This document shows positions 35,247 to 45,283 of a stretch of 64,000 nucleotides of DNA, one piece after another (position 1 is the first letter of the stretch; each line of letters starts with the position of its first letter). The notes beneath the pieces are model-generated. The model ran no database searches and was not told the DNA's origin. It saw nothing but the letters and a program-made list of their open reading frames with translations. Source of the stretch: an uncultured Planctomycetia bacterium (GTDB lineage Bacteria; Omnitrophota; Gorgyraeia; 2-02-FULL-51-18); assembly GCA_964431835.1 (NCBI GenBank), contig CAYSKO010000005.1:52167-116166 (forward strand). The letters run 5' to 3'. A program made the position numbers and the translations under genes.

Positions 35247-35789
35247 TCAGTTCAGCGTCTTCTGGCCGGGCTTCCACTCACAACCCGTGAGCTTTCCCGT
35301 CTGAAGGGCCTGGAGTGTCCGGATGGTCTCTTCGACCGAGCGGCCCACCGGCAGGTCGTTGACGACCGCCGACTTGAGCACGCCGTTCGGGTCGATGATG
35401 AATGTCCCGCGGAGCGCGATACCCTTGTCCTGCAAGAGGACGTTGAAGTTCTTGGAAACCGTGTGGTTCGTATCGCCGAGGATCGGGAACTTGATCTTCC
35501 CGAGGCTCGATTCGCTCCAAGCCTTGTGCGAGTACACGCTGTCGGTGCTCGCGGCGAGGACTTCGGCGCCGAGTTTCTTGAACTCGTCGAGATTCTTGTC
35601 GAAGTTCTGGATCTCGGTCGGGCACACGAACGTGAAATCGAGCGGGTAGAAGAAAAGAACGAGCCACTTGCTCTTGTAATCGGCGAGCTTTACTTCCTTG
35701 AAGCTTCCGTCCGGCATGAAAGCTTGGGCCGTGAAATCGCCTACCTTCTGACCGACTTGGATGACCTGCTGTTCGTTGGCGATCGCCAT
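35247..35789 (-). CDS. Peroxiredoxin (AhpC/Tsa family)
   Basis: FTFVCPTE peroxidatic Cys motif. Confidence 0.9.
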   Translation of the reverse strand: MAIANEQQVIQVGQKVGDFTAQAFMPDGSFKEVKLADYKSKWLVLFFYPLDFTFVCPTEIQNFDKNLDEFKKLGAEVLAASTDSVYSHKAWSESSLGKIKFPILGDTNHTVSKNFNVLLQDKGIALRGTFIIDPNGVLKSAVVNDLPVGRSVEETIRTLQALQTGKLTGCEWKPGQKTLN

Positions 35790-35825
35790 GGGGAAAACCC
35801 CTCCTTTTCGTTTTAGGGAAATACC

Positions 35826-35853
35826 ATTATACCGCGCCGGAGAAGCGCGTCAA
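35826..35853 (-). promoter_or_regulatory. sigma70 promoter of the peroxiredoxin gene (TTGACG-16-TATAAT) followed by GGAGG
   Basis: Plus-strand cgtcaa at 35848-35853 and attata at 35826-35831. Confidence 0.55.
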
Positions 35854-35865
35854 CCCGTACCGGAT

Positions 35866-36795
35866 TTAAAGGGCGCGGGGACGGAGCCGCCGCACGAGGC
35901 CGGGAATATCTTCGTTTACGCAGAGCCGGGGCGCTTCCCGCATCACCGCCGAGGTACTGGCGGCGATCCCAAGCACGGCCGCTTCCCGGAACGGACGCCC
36001 CCGAAGGAGCCCGGTCGCAAGGCCGCCGATCAGCGAGTCCCCCGCTCCCACCCGGCTCCGCACACGGACCGAGACCGTCGGGACCAGAAACGCCTCATGC
36101 GCCGAGACAAAAAGGGCGCCCCGGGCGGCGAGCGAGACCACCACGTACTTCACGCCCGAATCCACCACCCGACGGGCCGCGTCCAAATATTCCGGCACGG
36201 TGTCCAGCCGGCGCCGGGTCAGGCGCCGCATCTCGAATTCATTCGGCTTGATGAGAAAAGGCTTCGCTTTCAATCCCTGCCGAAGCGCTTCGTCGTCGGC
36301 GTCGAGCACGCAAGGCGTTCCGTTGGCCTGGAGCGCTTCGATGAAACGGCGGTTCGTCGAGGCGTTCATGCCGCGCGGCAGGCTGCCGCCGAACACCCAG
36401 ATGAAAGGCTTGGGACGGACGGCCAGCAGTTTCTTGAGGAACCGCGTGATTTCGGCTGGCTTCGCGCAGGGGCCCGGCGCCGAGATGCGCGTCTGCGTGC
36501 GGTCGAGCCGGTCGGTGATAACGGTGTTCACGCGCGTCTGGCCCTCAACCCGCATCGACCAGTGCGGCACGTCGATTTCCTCGACGAGCTCGTTCCAGAA
36601 ATCGCCGACGAAGCCGGCCACGATCGTGTAGGCGCGCGTCGGCCCTCCGAGCTCCCGCACGACCTTTGAAACGTTTACGCCCTTTCCGCCCGCGTGGTAG
36701 GTCACCGAGGACGCGCGGTTGGCGTCATGCTTCACGAGTTTTTCCACTTCGAGATGCTGGTCGATCGAAGGGTTGAGCGTGACGGTCGCGATCAT
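35866..36795 (-). CDS. PfkB-family sugar kinase (1-phosphofructokinase/tagatose-6-phosphate kinase-like)
   Basis: GGKGVN, GAGDSL motifs. Confidence 0.75.
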   Translation of the reverse strand: MIATVTLNPSIDQHLEVEKLVKHDANRASSVTYHAGGKGVNVSKVVRELGGPTRAYTIVAGFVGDFWNELVEEIDVPHWSMRVEGQTRVNTVITDRLDRTQTRISAPGPCAKPAEITRFLKKLLAVRPKPFIWVFGGSLPRGMNASTNRRFIEALQANGTPCVLDADDEALRQGLKAKPFLIKPNEFEMRRLTRRRLDTVPEYLDAARRVVDSGVKYVVVSLAARGALFVSAHEAFLVPTVSVRVRSRVGAGDSLIGGLATGLLRGRPFREAAVLGIAASTSAVMREAPRLCVNEDIPGLVRRLRPRAL

Positions 36796-37418
36796 CGGAC
36801 GAGATCCTTTTCAGAGCGGTCCTGATAAATGTCGTCCTTGGCGGAATAAAACTTCCGGATCCAAGGCTGCCAATCCTGATAATCGTCGTAAACGAGCCGG
36901 GCCGGTGCCGTCGACCCGGAGCGCAGTTTGTAGCCCTCGGAAACCTCGACGGGACTCTCTTCGCCAGCGGCGACCGCGAGCGTTCCGCCGAACACGCGCG
37001 CGACCGCTCCCTGGGCCGACGCGTCGATCTGACAGCCGCCGGAAACCAGCCGCGCGCGCGTGCCGGCGGCGCGCACCGTAAGCGGACCCTCCGCCGTGCC
37101 TGCGGAATCGGCCAGGAGGAAGAGCCGGCCTTCCTCGAGCCGCGTGCCGGCCGGGCCTTGAAGCCGGACGTGCGTGTCCTCGGCAAGCGCGAGCACGCGC
37201 TCGAGCGAGGGGCCGAACGCGAGGACAACCGAACCCTTCCCGCCGGTACGCAGGCGCGTCCCGGCCGGCAGAGCCGCGTTCTTGGAGGCGGGCTTCCAAG
37301 CGGCTCCGTGAAGCGAAACTTCGGCGTTCTGGGCGTCGAAAACGACGGGGTCCGCGAGTTCCGCGCGGGCCGGTGCGGCCGCGAGGAAAAACACGGCCGC
37401 GAGCGCCGCGGCCCTCAC
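36792..37418 (-). CDS. Secreted hypothetical protein (FecR-like?)
   Basis: Signal peptide; 4-nt overlaps with both neighbouring genes. Confidence 0.45.
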   Translation of the reverse strand: MRAAALAAVFFLAAAPARAELADPVVFDAQNAEVSLHGAAWKPASKNAALPAGTRLRTGGKGSVVLAFGPSLERVLALAEDTHVRLQGPAGTRLEEGRLFLLADSAGTAEGPLTVRAAGTRARLVSGGCQIDASAQGAVARVFGGTLAVAAGEESPVEVSEGYKLRSGSTAPARLVYDDYQDWQPWIRKFYSAKDDIYQDRSEKDLVR

Positions 37419-37876
37419 GCGCGGGCCGCGCGTTCGAGCGCGCGGAGACAGTAAAATTTAATGGAACGCGTGAGGCGCAATTCGCGTTTTCCGAGGTCCG
37501 CGCGAGAGACCCAGCGGTATTCGTGATGCTCGCGCTCGCACAGCTTCACGCGATCCGAGGCGGCCGTCGCAAAATAGACGAACGCGACGTGACGGTGCGT
37601 GTCGGAGATCTGGTGGGCGTCCACGTACGACGGCGTGAGGAGCGGCTTCACGCCGCGGTGCGCGATCGGCGGTTTCTCGGCTAGGACGCGCACTTTGAGC
37701 CCGCACTCTTCGCGTATCTCACGGTAAAGCGCCTCCTCCGGATCCTCGTCGAGTTCGACGTGCCCCCCGATCGGAAGCCACTCGTCGTACCGTTTGTGGT
37801 GGATGAGAAGCACGCGGCCGCGCCGGACGATGAAAACGGAAACCACGAAATCGTAAAGTTCGTGGATGTGCGGCAT
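37415..37876 (-). CDS. NUDIX hydrolase
   Basis: Nudix box GGHVELDEDPEEALYREIREECGL. Confidence 0.85.
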   Translation of the reverse strand: MPHIHELYDFVVSVFIVRRGRVLLIHHKRYDEWLPIGGHVELDEDPEEALYREIREECGLKVRVLAEKPPIAHRGVKPLLTPSYVDAHQISDTHRHVAFVYFATAASDRVKLCEREHHEYRWVSRADLGKRELRLTRSIKFYCLRALERAARA

Positions 37877-37879
37877 GGG

Positions 37880-39301
37880 CTAAAAGCGGGAAAGAAGAAG
37901 CGTGGCGAGCGAGAAATAAATGATGTTCGAAATGATGTCCGTGATCGTCGTCACGAGCGGGCCGGTCGCGGTGGCGGGGTCGATCTTCATCCGGTCGAGA
38001 AGAAGCGGGCCTACGGCGCCCATCGTGGCCGCGACGGTCATCGCCGTCCACATCGCCGTAACGACGACCAGGGAGAAATAGTGTCCGTACTGCCCGCCGT
38101 AGATCACGTACGCGATGAGCCCCAGCAAAAGCCCGTAAAGCCCGCCCAGACACCAGCCGATTCCCATTTCATGGTAAATGGTCTTCATCTTCTGGCTGCG
38201 GTCCAGCTTCCCAAGCGCGAGCCGGCGCACGATGATGGTCGCCGACTGCGACCCGACGTTGCCGCCCATGCCGGCGATGAGCGGCGAGAACGCCGCGAGC
38301 GCGATCACTTTCGCAAGGATCGGTTCGAAGGAGCGTATCACCATGGAGATCATCGTCCCGCCGATCAGAGTGACGACGAGCCACGGCATCCGAAGACCCA
38401 CGCTCCTGAAGACCGAGCTTTCCTCGATCGCCGAGGCCTGGGTACCGGCCATCTTCGCGATGTCCTCGGTGGCCTCCTGCTTGACGATGGAAATCATGTC
38501 CTTCAGGGTCACGACGCCCAAGAGCTTTCCCTCGTCGTCCACGACCGGCGCGGCGTTGATCTGGTATTTCGCGAAAATCTTGGCGATTTCCTCCTGGTCG
38601 GTGTCGGGCTTAACCTTGATGCCTTCGATCGAATTCATAAACTCCCCGAGACGCTCGTCTTCGGGGGAGCTCAAGAGATCCTGGAGCGAAAGCCACCCGA
38701 GCGCGCGGCCGGGCTCGTCCGTGACGAAAAGCGAATAGAGGTGCTCTTTTTGATTCGGGCGTACGATCGCCTGGAGAAGGTTCAAGGCCTGTTTGGAGGT
38801 CACACGGGGGCCGAGACGGACGAACTCGGGATGCATGAGACTCCCCGCGGAGTTCTCCGGGAATTTCATGAGGTAATCGATATGCGTCAACGCCTGCTGG
38901 CGGCGGATCAGGCTCTTCATTTTTTTTACGGCGCGGGGCGGCATCGTGTTGAAGATCTTCGCCAGATCGGGAGAATTCATGTTCTCGAGCATGGGGCCGA
39001 CGCTGTTCTCGAGATGGTTGTCGCGTGCCTGGGCCGAACCCGCGTCCCCTTCTTCGCTCAACTTCTCAAGAAGGAAGCGCTGATCCTCGATCTCGAGAAT
39101 TTCAAAGAGCTTGAGGGCAGAGGTGACGTTCAGTAGCCGGAAGATCTGGAGGCGCTCCCCTTCCGAGAATGAGCGCCAGACGTCCGCGAAGTCGAGGGGA
39201 TTGCATTCGCGGATGATTTGCTTGAGAAGGGCGTAATCCTTCTTCTGAAGGAGTTCTTTAAGTTCGGGGACCAGGAGTGCGGCGGATTGGAACTGTTCCA
39301 T
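37880..39301 (-). CDS. mgtE: Magnesium transporter MgtE
   Basis: MgtE N-domain, CBS pair and C-terminal TM domain. Confidence 0.85.
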   Translation of the reverse strand: MEQFQSAALLVPELKELLQKKDYALLKQIIRECNPLDFADVWRSFSEGERLQIFRLLNVTSALKLFEILEIEDQRFLLEKLSEEGDAGSAQARDNHLENSVGPMLENMNSPDLAKIFNTMPPRAVKKMKSLIRRQQALTHIDYLMKFPENSAGSLMHPEFVRLGPRVTSKQALNLLQAIVRPNQKEHLYSLFVTDEPGRALGWLSLQDLLSSPEDERLGEFMNSIEGIKVKPDTDQEEIAKIFAKYQINAAPVVDDEGKLLGVVTLKDMISIVKQEATEDIAKMAGTQASAIEESSVFRSVGLRMPWLVVTLIGGTMISMVIRSFEPILAKVIALAAFSPLIAGMGGNVGSQSATIIVRRLALGKLDRSQKMKTIYHEMGIGWCLGGLYGLLLGLIAYVIYGGQYGHYFSLVVVTAMWTAMTVAATMGAVGPLLLDRMKIDPATATGPLVTTITDIISNIIYFSLATLLLSRF

Positions 39302-39334
39302 AGGGGGTTCCGTGCCGGGCCGCCGAGAAAGCGG

Positions 39335-39559
39335 TCAGGTCTTGAAGTTGTAGTACCCGAGGACCTCGACGGGACACTTGGAGAGCGAGACCAGCCGGTC
39401 GTGATGCGCTTTCATGAACCGGTCGTGATCCCGCTCGGATTTCCACATGTAGGAGGACGCGTACTGGTCCTTCTCGTTGGTCCTGAAAAGCGTCTTGTAA
39501 CCCAGAAAGCCTTTGCCGAGCTTCTTAGCCGCCTTTTCCCACATTCGGCAATCCTTCAC
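39335..39559 (-). CDS. Small protein resembling the C-terminal half of an ABM (antibiotic-biosynthesis monooxygenase) domain; possible remnant
   Basis: GFLGYKTLFRTNEKDQYASSYMWKSERDHDRFMKAHHDRL; the upstream in-frame stop leaves no room for a full ABM fold. Confidence 0.35.
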   Translation of the reverse strand: MKDCRMWEKAAKKLGKGFLGYKTLFRTNEKDQYASSYMWKSERDHDRFMKAHHDRLVSLSKCPVEVLGYYNFKT

Positions 39560-39620
39560 GTACGTGGAAACGTGCTTCTTCCGTATCCGGAAGAGAACGA
39601 GGTGGATGAACAGGGTCGGC

Positions 39621-40049
39621 TTAGTTCAGCAGCGACCAGGTCTTCTCGCCGACGATGCCGTCGGCTTTGAGACCGTTCTTCCGCTGGAACGACTTGATCG
39701 CCGACTTCGTCTTCTGGCCCATCTTGCCGTCCGCAGGACCCGGATCGTATCCCGCATTCGCGAGCGCCTTCTGAACCTGCTTCACGGTCACGCCCGAGAC
39801 GCGGATGGCCGCGGATTTCGAGCTGCGCGAGAAGTTGGTGGAAGTGCCGCCAAGCGACTGCTGGTAGCTGTCGAGCTGGTACTGGAGGTCCTGGATCTGC
39901 TGGTCTTTTGCCGTGAGCTCGCTTTGGAGCTGCTCGACCTGGGAAGAAAGTTCCTTCTGGTCGGGCTTGCGCGCGCGAGTCGTGGCACAACCGGTGAGAG
40001 CGACGACGACGAGGGTAACAGCCGAGAAACGAATCGTATTTTTGTGCAT
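39621..40049 (-). CDS. Lipoprotein with coiled coil and C-terminal peptidoglycan-binding (PG_binding_1) domain
   Basis: ATG 40049 after AAGGAG; lipobox VALTGC; KTWSLL C-terminus. Confidence 0.7.
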   Translation of the reverse strand: MHKNTIRFSAVTLVVVALTGCATTRARKPDQKELSSQVEQLQSELTAKDQQIQDLQYQLDSYQQSLGGTSTNFSRSSKSAAIRVSGVTVKQVQKALANAGYDPGPADGKMGQKTKSAIKSFQRKNGLKADGIVGEKTWSLLN

Positions 40050-40125
40050 CTGATCTCCTTGTAAATGGATGTGATGATTATACCTAGGAGCGAAAAGAGT
40101 GCAACAGTTAGTTTGTTGTGCGAAA

Positions 40126-40896
40126 ATGAAAAGCATGAGGCCTGAAAACGAGAGTGGCGATCTCATCGTCGCGAAGAAACTCACGAAAAAATATTCGGAC
40201 GTCGTCGCCCTCGACGGGCTCGATCTCACGCTCCGCCGCGGCGAGATCGTGGGTTTGCTCGGGCCCAACGGCGCGGGAAAAACGACGGCGATCCACATGC
40301 TGGTCGGGCTCCTGGAACCCACGTCGGGTGAAGCGAGCGTGCTCGGCATGTCCCCTTTGCGCCAGCGGCACGAGATCGCCAAGCGCTCCAATTTTTCCTC
40401 CGCCTACGTCCAGCTGCCGTCGAACCTCACCGTCGGCGAGAACATGCGGATCTACGCGATGCTCTACGGCGTGCGCGACGCGAAGAAAAAAATCGCAGAG
40501 CTTCTCGAACTCTTCGAGATCGCGGACCTCACGAAGCGCGCGACCGGAAAGCTTTCCTCCGGCGAGAAAACTCGCGTGAATCTCGCCAAATGCCTTTTGA
40601 ACGACCCGGAGCTCCTCCTCCTCGACGAGCCGACGGCGAGCCTCGACCCCGAGATGGCCGACACGGTCCGGAAGACGCTCCGCGGGATCCAGCGGGACAA
40701 AGGGATCGGAATCCTCTACACCTCCCACAACATGCCCGAAGTGGAGGAGCTGTGCAACCGGATACTCTTCATCCACGAGGGCCGTCTTGTCACCCAGGGT
40801 ACGCCCGTCGAAGTGATGAAAAATTTCCAGAGCGGGAATTTGGAGCAGGTTTTCATCAAGATCGTCCGGCGCGGCGATTTCGTGGTGAAGGCGTAA
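40126..40896 (+). CDS. ABC-2-type exporter ATP-binding protein
   Basis: Walker A GPNGAGKTT, signature LSSGEKTR, Walker B LLLLDEPT. Confidence 0.85.
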   Translation: MKSMRPENESGDLIVAKKLTKKYSDVVALDGLDLTLRRGEIVGLLGPNGAGKTTAIHMLVGLLEPTSGEASVLGMSPLRQRHEIAKRSNFSSAYVQLPSNLTVGENMRIYAMLYGVRDAKKKIAELLELFEIADLTKRATGKLSSGEKTRVNLAKCLLNDPELLLLDEPTASLDPEMADTVRKTLRGIQRDKGIGILYTSHNMPEVEELCNRILFIHEGRLVTQGTPVEVMKNFQSGNLEQVFIKIVRRGDFVVKA

Positions 40897-40899
40897 TCT

Positions 40900-41703
40900 T
40901 TGAGCGCTCCCCGGCGCGTGGGCGCGATGGTGCTTCGCTACGTCTATCTCCACAAGCGGAGCCTTCCGCGTTCTCTCGAGATCGTTTTCTGGCCGGTGAT
41001 GGAGCTTTTCGTCTGGGGATTCGTCGCGATGCACATCCGCGCGTCTGCCGGAGACGCCCTCGCCGCGATGGCGTCGTCCCTCATCAACGCGATGATTTTC
41101 TGGGATCTTCTGTACCGCAGCCAGCAGGGCGTAAGCGTGTCGGTCGTCGAGGACATCTGGACGCAGAATATCGTGAATCTGCTCGTGTCTCCCCTCAAGA
41201 TCTGGGAATGGATGCTCGCGACGTTCCTTTACGGGACGTTGAAGACGCTCCTCATCGTGGTGATCCTCACCGCGCTCGCGCTCGCGATGTACGAGTTCAA
41301 TCTCGTCTCGACCCTTCAGTTTTATTTGATTCCGCTCGGCGCATGCCTTCTCCTTTTTGGCTGGGCGCTCGGTCTTTTCACTTCCGCGCTCGTGATCCGC
41401 TGGGGCCACGCGGCCGAGGCGCTGATCTGGGGCGTTCCGTTCCTGATCCAGCCTTTCTCGGCGATCTTCTATCCGGTGTCCGCGCTCCCCGAGTGGCTTC
41501 GGCCGCTCGCCCTGGCACTGCCGAGCACCTACGTGTTCGAAGGCATGCGCGAAGTGATCCGTACCGGGACGATGCCGCTCGGCCATCTGGCGGCCGCGGC
41601 CGTGCTCGACGTCGTCTATTTCGCTCTGGCGGCTCTTTTCTTCGCGTGGATGCACCGACAAGCCCGCAGGTCGGGACGTCTCGGGCGACTGGGGGTCGAC
41701 TGA
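40900..41703 (+). CDS. ABC-2-type transporter permease
   Basis: 6-TM ABC-2 permease. Confidence 0.7.
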   Translation: MSAPRRVGAMVLRYVYLHKRSLPRSLEIVFWPVMELFVWGFVAMHIRASAGDALAAMASSLINAMIFWDLLYRSQQGVSVSVVEDIWTQNIVNLLVSPLKIWEWMLATFLYGTLKTLLIVVILTALALAMYEFNLVSTLQFYLIPLGACLLLFGWALGLFTSALVIRWGHAAEALIWGVPFLIQPFSAIFYPVSALPEWLRPLALALPSTYVFEGMREVIRTGTMPLGHLAAAAVLDVVYFALAALFFAWMHRQARRSGRLGRLGVD

Positions 41704-43181
41704 TGCATCTTTCGGTGGATCTCATCCTCCTCGTCGTGCCCGCTCTCCTTCTGGCGAGCGTCTTCGCGTCGAAGGCTGCCTCGCGCTTCGGCGTGCCGGC
41801 GCTCCTGGTGTTCCTGGCGATGGGCATGCTTGCGGGCTCGGAAGGCCCCGGCGGGATCTATTTCGACAATCCGTTCCTCGCGCAGTCGATCGGCGTTTTC
41901 GCGCTCGTCCTCATCCTCTTCTCGGGCGGCCTTTCGACCGAGTGGAGCGCGATCAAACCTGTCTTTCTCCGCGGTCTGTCGCTGGCGACCCTCGGCGTTC
42001 TCGTGACGGCGGGCCTCGTCGGCTGGTTCTCATCGAGGCTCTTCGGGCTTTCGCCGCTCCAAGGCCTTCTCCTGGGCGCGATCGTATCATCGACGGACGC
42101 GGCGGCCGTTTTCGCGGTCTTGAAGGCGCGCGGGGCGGGCCTCAAACGGCGGCTCGAGCCGCTCGTCGAGTTCGAATCGGGCTCCAACGATCCGATGGCA
42201 GTCCTCCTGACGGTCGGATTCATCGAGCTCATGCAGAATCCAGGAAAGTCGGCCGTGGAACTCTGTCTCGGCTTCGCGTGGCAAGTGGCGGTGGGCGCGC
42301 TCGTCGGATGGGGCATGGCGCGGGCCATGAAAGCCGCGATGACGCGCGTGAAGCTCGAATACGAAGGCCTCTACCCCGTCATGATGCTTTGTCTTGCGCT
42401 TCTCACCTACGGCCTCACTGCGACGCTCCGCGGAAGCGGGTTTCTCGCGGTTTACCTCGCCGGGATTGTCTTGGCCCGCGGTGAGTTCCCGCACAAGCGC
42501 AACGTCGTGCGCTTCCACGACGGCGTGGCGTGGCTCGCGCAGATCGCGATGTTCCTGGTCCTCGGGCTTCTCGTCTTCCCTTCCCAGCTCGCCGGCGTCG
42601 CGGTGCCGGGCATGATCGTCTGCTTTTTCCTCATCTTCGTGGCAAGGCCGGCGGGCGTCTTCCTCTCGCTTCTTTTCGCGCGGATGTCGTTCGCGGAAAA
42701 AACGATGGTCTCGTGGGCCGGCCTGCGCGGGGCGGCGCCGATCATCCTCGCCACCTTCCCGCTTCTGGCGGGAATCCCAGGTTCGCAGCTCCTTTTCAAT
42801 CTCGTCTTTTTCACGGTTCTCCTGTCAGTGCTCCTCCAGGGGACGTCGATCTCGTTCGTCGCACGGCGTCTGGGCGTGGACGCGCCGCCCGAGAAGAAGA
42901 TCCGCTCGCCGATTGAATTGGAGCAGACCGAGGGCATGGACGCGGATTTGGTGGAGCTCCTCGTTCCGTACGGGGGAGCCGCCGCGGGCCGCGCGATTCA
43001 CGAGATCGCCGTACCGACGGGGTGCCTCATCACGCTTGTGTGCCGCGACGAAAAATTCATCGTGGCTTTGGGAAAGACGGTCTTAGAGGAAGGAGACGTC
43101 GTTCTCGCGCTCGTGCGCGAGGAGGACAAAGCGGCGCTTCAGGCCGTCATCGGAAAGATGGGAACGCGTCAGAAGGAGTAG
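41703..43181 (+). CDS. CPA1-family monovalent cation/proton antiporter (NhaP2/K+:H+-like) with C-terminal TrkA-C domain
   Basis: ATG 41703; the 863-aa track ORF's N-terminal part is an off-frame read-through of the ABC genes. Confidence 0.75.
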   Translation: MHLSVDLILLVVPALLLASVFASKAASRFGVPALLVFLAMGMLAGSEGPGGIYFDNPFLAQSIGVFALVLILFSGGLSTEWSAIKPVFLRGLSLATLGVLVTAGLVGWFSSRLFGLSPLQGLLLGAIVSSTDAAAVFAVLKARGAGLKRRLEPLVEFESGSNDPMAVLLTVGFIELMQNPGKSAVELCLGFAWQVAVGALVGWGMARAMKAAMTRVKLEYEGLYPVMMLCLALLTYGLTATLRGSGFLAVYLAGIVLARGEFPHKRNVVRFHDGVAWLAQIAMFLVLGLLVFPSQLAGVAVPGMIVCFFLIFVARPAGVFLSLLFARMSFAEKTMVSWAGLRGAAPIILATFPLLAGIPGSQLLFNLVFFTVLLSVLLQGTSISFVARRLGVDAPPEKKIRSPIELEQTEGMDADLVELLVPYGGAAAGRAIHEIAVPTGCLITLVCRDEKFIVALGKTVLEEGDVVLALVREEDKAALQAVIGKMGTRQKE

Positions 43182-44125
43182 ACCAGCGTCGTGATCACGC
43201 GCAGGTCGTTTTTCTCGGCTCCGGGGCCCGGATCGTTGTTGTACTCGTCGATGATACCCAGCCGCAAGGAAATCCGGTCGCTGATTTCGTTCTGGAAGAC
43301 GGTTTCGGAGCGGATGCGGAAGTCGCCGAACTCCGTGATTGAGGGATAAAACGTGAGGTCCTGCGAGACGCGCGTGCGTGGAAGGATACGCTTTTCGAGG
43401 AAGACGCGAGGCGTGAGGACGATCTCGGTCTGGCTCAAACCGTCGATGCCGCGCGGAATCGTGTAGCGCGTGTGCGTGAAACCGGCGCCGAGTTCCGCGA
43501 ATGCCTTCCAGTCGGCGTCGTTCGAGAACCAGTACCCGAGACCGCTCGAGGGCGTGTAACGGTAGCGGATACGGGCGAACCGGTCCTTGTCGCCCTCGAT
43601 CTTGTAGAAATTGTACCAGCGCGCCTTTTTCCCGAAGTAGGGCGCGTAATAGGTATTGCCGTACAGGCGCTGGCCGCTCATGCGGCCGCGGTTCGACGAG
43701 TAATACGCGTCTCCCCTAGCCTTGAATTCCCGGTTCTTCGTCTTTCGCGACAACTTCATGCGCGAGTGAAGTTCCGAGAACTGCGTGTTGCCCGTCCGGC
43801 GGTCGTAGCCGAAAGAAACCTCGCGTTTCCATATTTTGGGTTTGGGCGGCAGGGGTTTGGGGAGCGGCTTTTTAACGGCGGGTTTGGACGGGAGCTTCGT
43901 CGCTTCCTTCGGGACCGCTCCTTCCTTGAGCCTTCCCTTCAAGAATTCGCGCTTCACCGACACGTCCCCCATCGCCCGCGTGCGGACGACGAGTTCCTTC
44001 AGGTCCTCGTAAACAACATCCCCGGACACACGGTCCCCGTTCATGAGCTCCAGCGTTTCGGCGCATACGGCGTTCCCGCAGCAGAGCGCGGCGAAGAGAA
44101 GGGACAGCGCGGCCTTCTTGAGCAT
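43169..44125 (-). CDS. DUF481/YdiY-like outer-membrane beta-barrel protein
   Basis: Signal peptide, Pro/Lys-rich linker, alternating aromatic beta-strand pattern, C-terminal ...VYSF. Confidence 0.5.
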   Translation of the reverse strand: MLKKAALSLLFAALCCGNAVCAETLELMNGDRVSGDVVYEDLKELVVRTRAMGDVSVKREFLKGRLKEGAVPKEATKLPSKPAVKKPLPKPLPPKPKIWKREVSFGYDRRTGNTQFSELHSRMKLSRKTKNREFKARGDAYYSSNRGRMSGQRLYGNTYYAPYFGKKARWYNFYKIEGDKDRFARIRYRYTPSSGLGYWFSNDADWKAFAELGAGFTHTRYTIPRGIDGLSQTEIVLTPRVFLEKRILPRTRVSQDLTFYPSITEFGDFRIRSETVFQNEISDRISLRLGIIDEYNNDPGPGAEKNDLRVITTLVYSF

Positions 44126-44158
44126 GGGAGTTTCCTTGCGGTGCGTCCTATCCGCGCG

Positions 44159-44710
44159 TCAGCGCGAGGCTAGGACGGATTCGAGCTTGGAGACGAGCTC
44201 AGTCGATAGTGGATCGGTCGTCGCGCCGTAGCGGGCGACGACTTTACCGTCGGGAGCGATCAGGAACTTGTTGAAATTCCAGCCAATCGGGCCGTCGTGC
44301 CCCGATCCTTCCGTGAGAAACTTGTAGAACGGATGCGCGCCCTTCCCCTTGACCTTGATCTTCGCAAAGAGCGGGAACGTCGCGCCGTAGTTCATCGAGC
44401 AGAATTCCTTGATCTCGGCGTCGCTGCCCGGTTCCTGCCCCATGAAGTCATTAGAAGGAAAAGCGAGGATCTCGAAACCACGGTCCTTGTAGTTCGAATA
44501 AAGCTTTTGGAGAGAGGCGTACTGCGGCGTGAAACCGCATTTGGAGGCGACATTGACGACGAGGAGCGCTTTTCCGCTATAAACGGAAAGCGGCCGCTCC
44601 TCGCCGTCGATGGTCGTCATCGTGAAATCGTGTACGCTTTCTGGCATGCGGGATTCGGCTGCGGCCGGGGACGCCCAGAAGAGGAGCGCCAGGAAGGCCG
44701 CGCGCTTCAC
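44159..44710 (-). CDS. gpx: Glutathione peroxidase with signal peptide
   Basis: VNVASKCGFT, WNFNKFL. Confidence 0.85.
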   Translation of the reverse strand: MKRAAFLALLFWASPAAAESRMPESVHDFTMTTIDGEERPLSVYSGKALLVVNVASKCGFTPQYASLQKLYSNYKDRGFEILAFPSNDFMGQEPGSDAEIKEFCSMNYGATFPLFAKIKVKGKGAHPFYKFLTEGSGHDGPIGWNFNKFLIAPDGKVVARYGATTDPLSTELVSKLESVLASR

Positions 44711-45283
44711 CTAGTCGAGCCGCTCGATTTGCGGGCGGTCACTGCCTTTGTAGCCGTAGCCGCCGCGTTCCCGTCCGCCGCGCTCTCCACCGCGTTCGTT
44801 GCCGCGCTCGTTGCCGTTGCCGCCACGTTCACGGCCGCCGCGGTTACGTCCACCCCGGCGCCGGCGTCTGCCGCCGTCACCGCCGGCACTGCCGCTCTTT
44901 TCGGCGTTTCCGCCGCCGTTGCCGCCGTTGCCGCCGCCGCGCTCATTGCCGCCTTTATCACGGGCCAGCGAGACGACGATCTTGCGGCTCAGGAAATCAT
45001 TGCCGTTCAGGTCGAGCGCCTTCGAGGCGTCGTCCGACGGCATCTCGACGAACGCGTAACCCTTCGGCTTGCGGGTGATCCGGTCGGTGATGATATCCAC
45101 GCCGAGCACGCGGCCGTAGCGGGAAAACAACTCACGGAGCTCGTTTTCCTTGGCCGAATAGCTTAAGTTCCCCACGTAGAGACGGCTGACGTCGCTGAAC
45201 GAGGCGTTAAGGCGGGCGACGCGGTTGCCAGGCACGAAAAGCCCGCGCCACCAGTTGAGAAAGCCCTCGAGAAAGTTACCCAA
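44711..45283 (-). CDS. RRM-type RNA-binding protein with Gly/Arg/Asn-rich C-terminal tail
   Basis: RNP-2 LYVGNL, RNP-1 KGYAFVEM; TTG start after AAAGGAG. Confidence 0.75.
   Translation of the reverse strand: MGNFLEGFLNWWRGLFVPGNRVARLNASFSDVSRLYVGNLSYSAKENELRELFSRYGRVLGVDIITDRITRKPKGYAFVEMPSDDASKALDLNGNDFLSRKIVVSLARDKGGNERGGGNGGNGGGNAEKSGSAGGDGGRRRRRGGRNRGGRERGGNGNERGNERGGERGGRERGGYGYKGSDRPQIERLD

Noticed and set aside
39302-39620. Possible M-box (Mg) riboswitch upstream of mgtE
   Set aside because: Only 33 nt separate mgtE from the upstream ORF, which itself looks coding (high GC3). An M-box cannot be verified by eye. Left unreported.
40590-41702. N-terminal 370 codons of the 863-aa ORF 40590-43181
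   Set aside because: Out-of-frame read-through across the ABC ATPase and permease genes. The real antiporter starts at ATG 41703.
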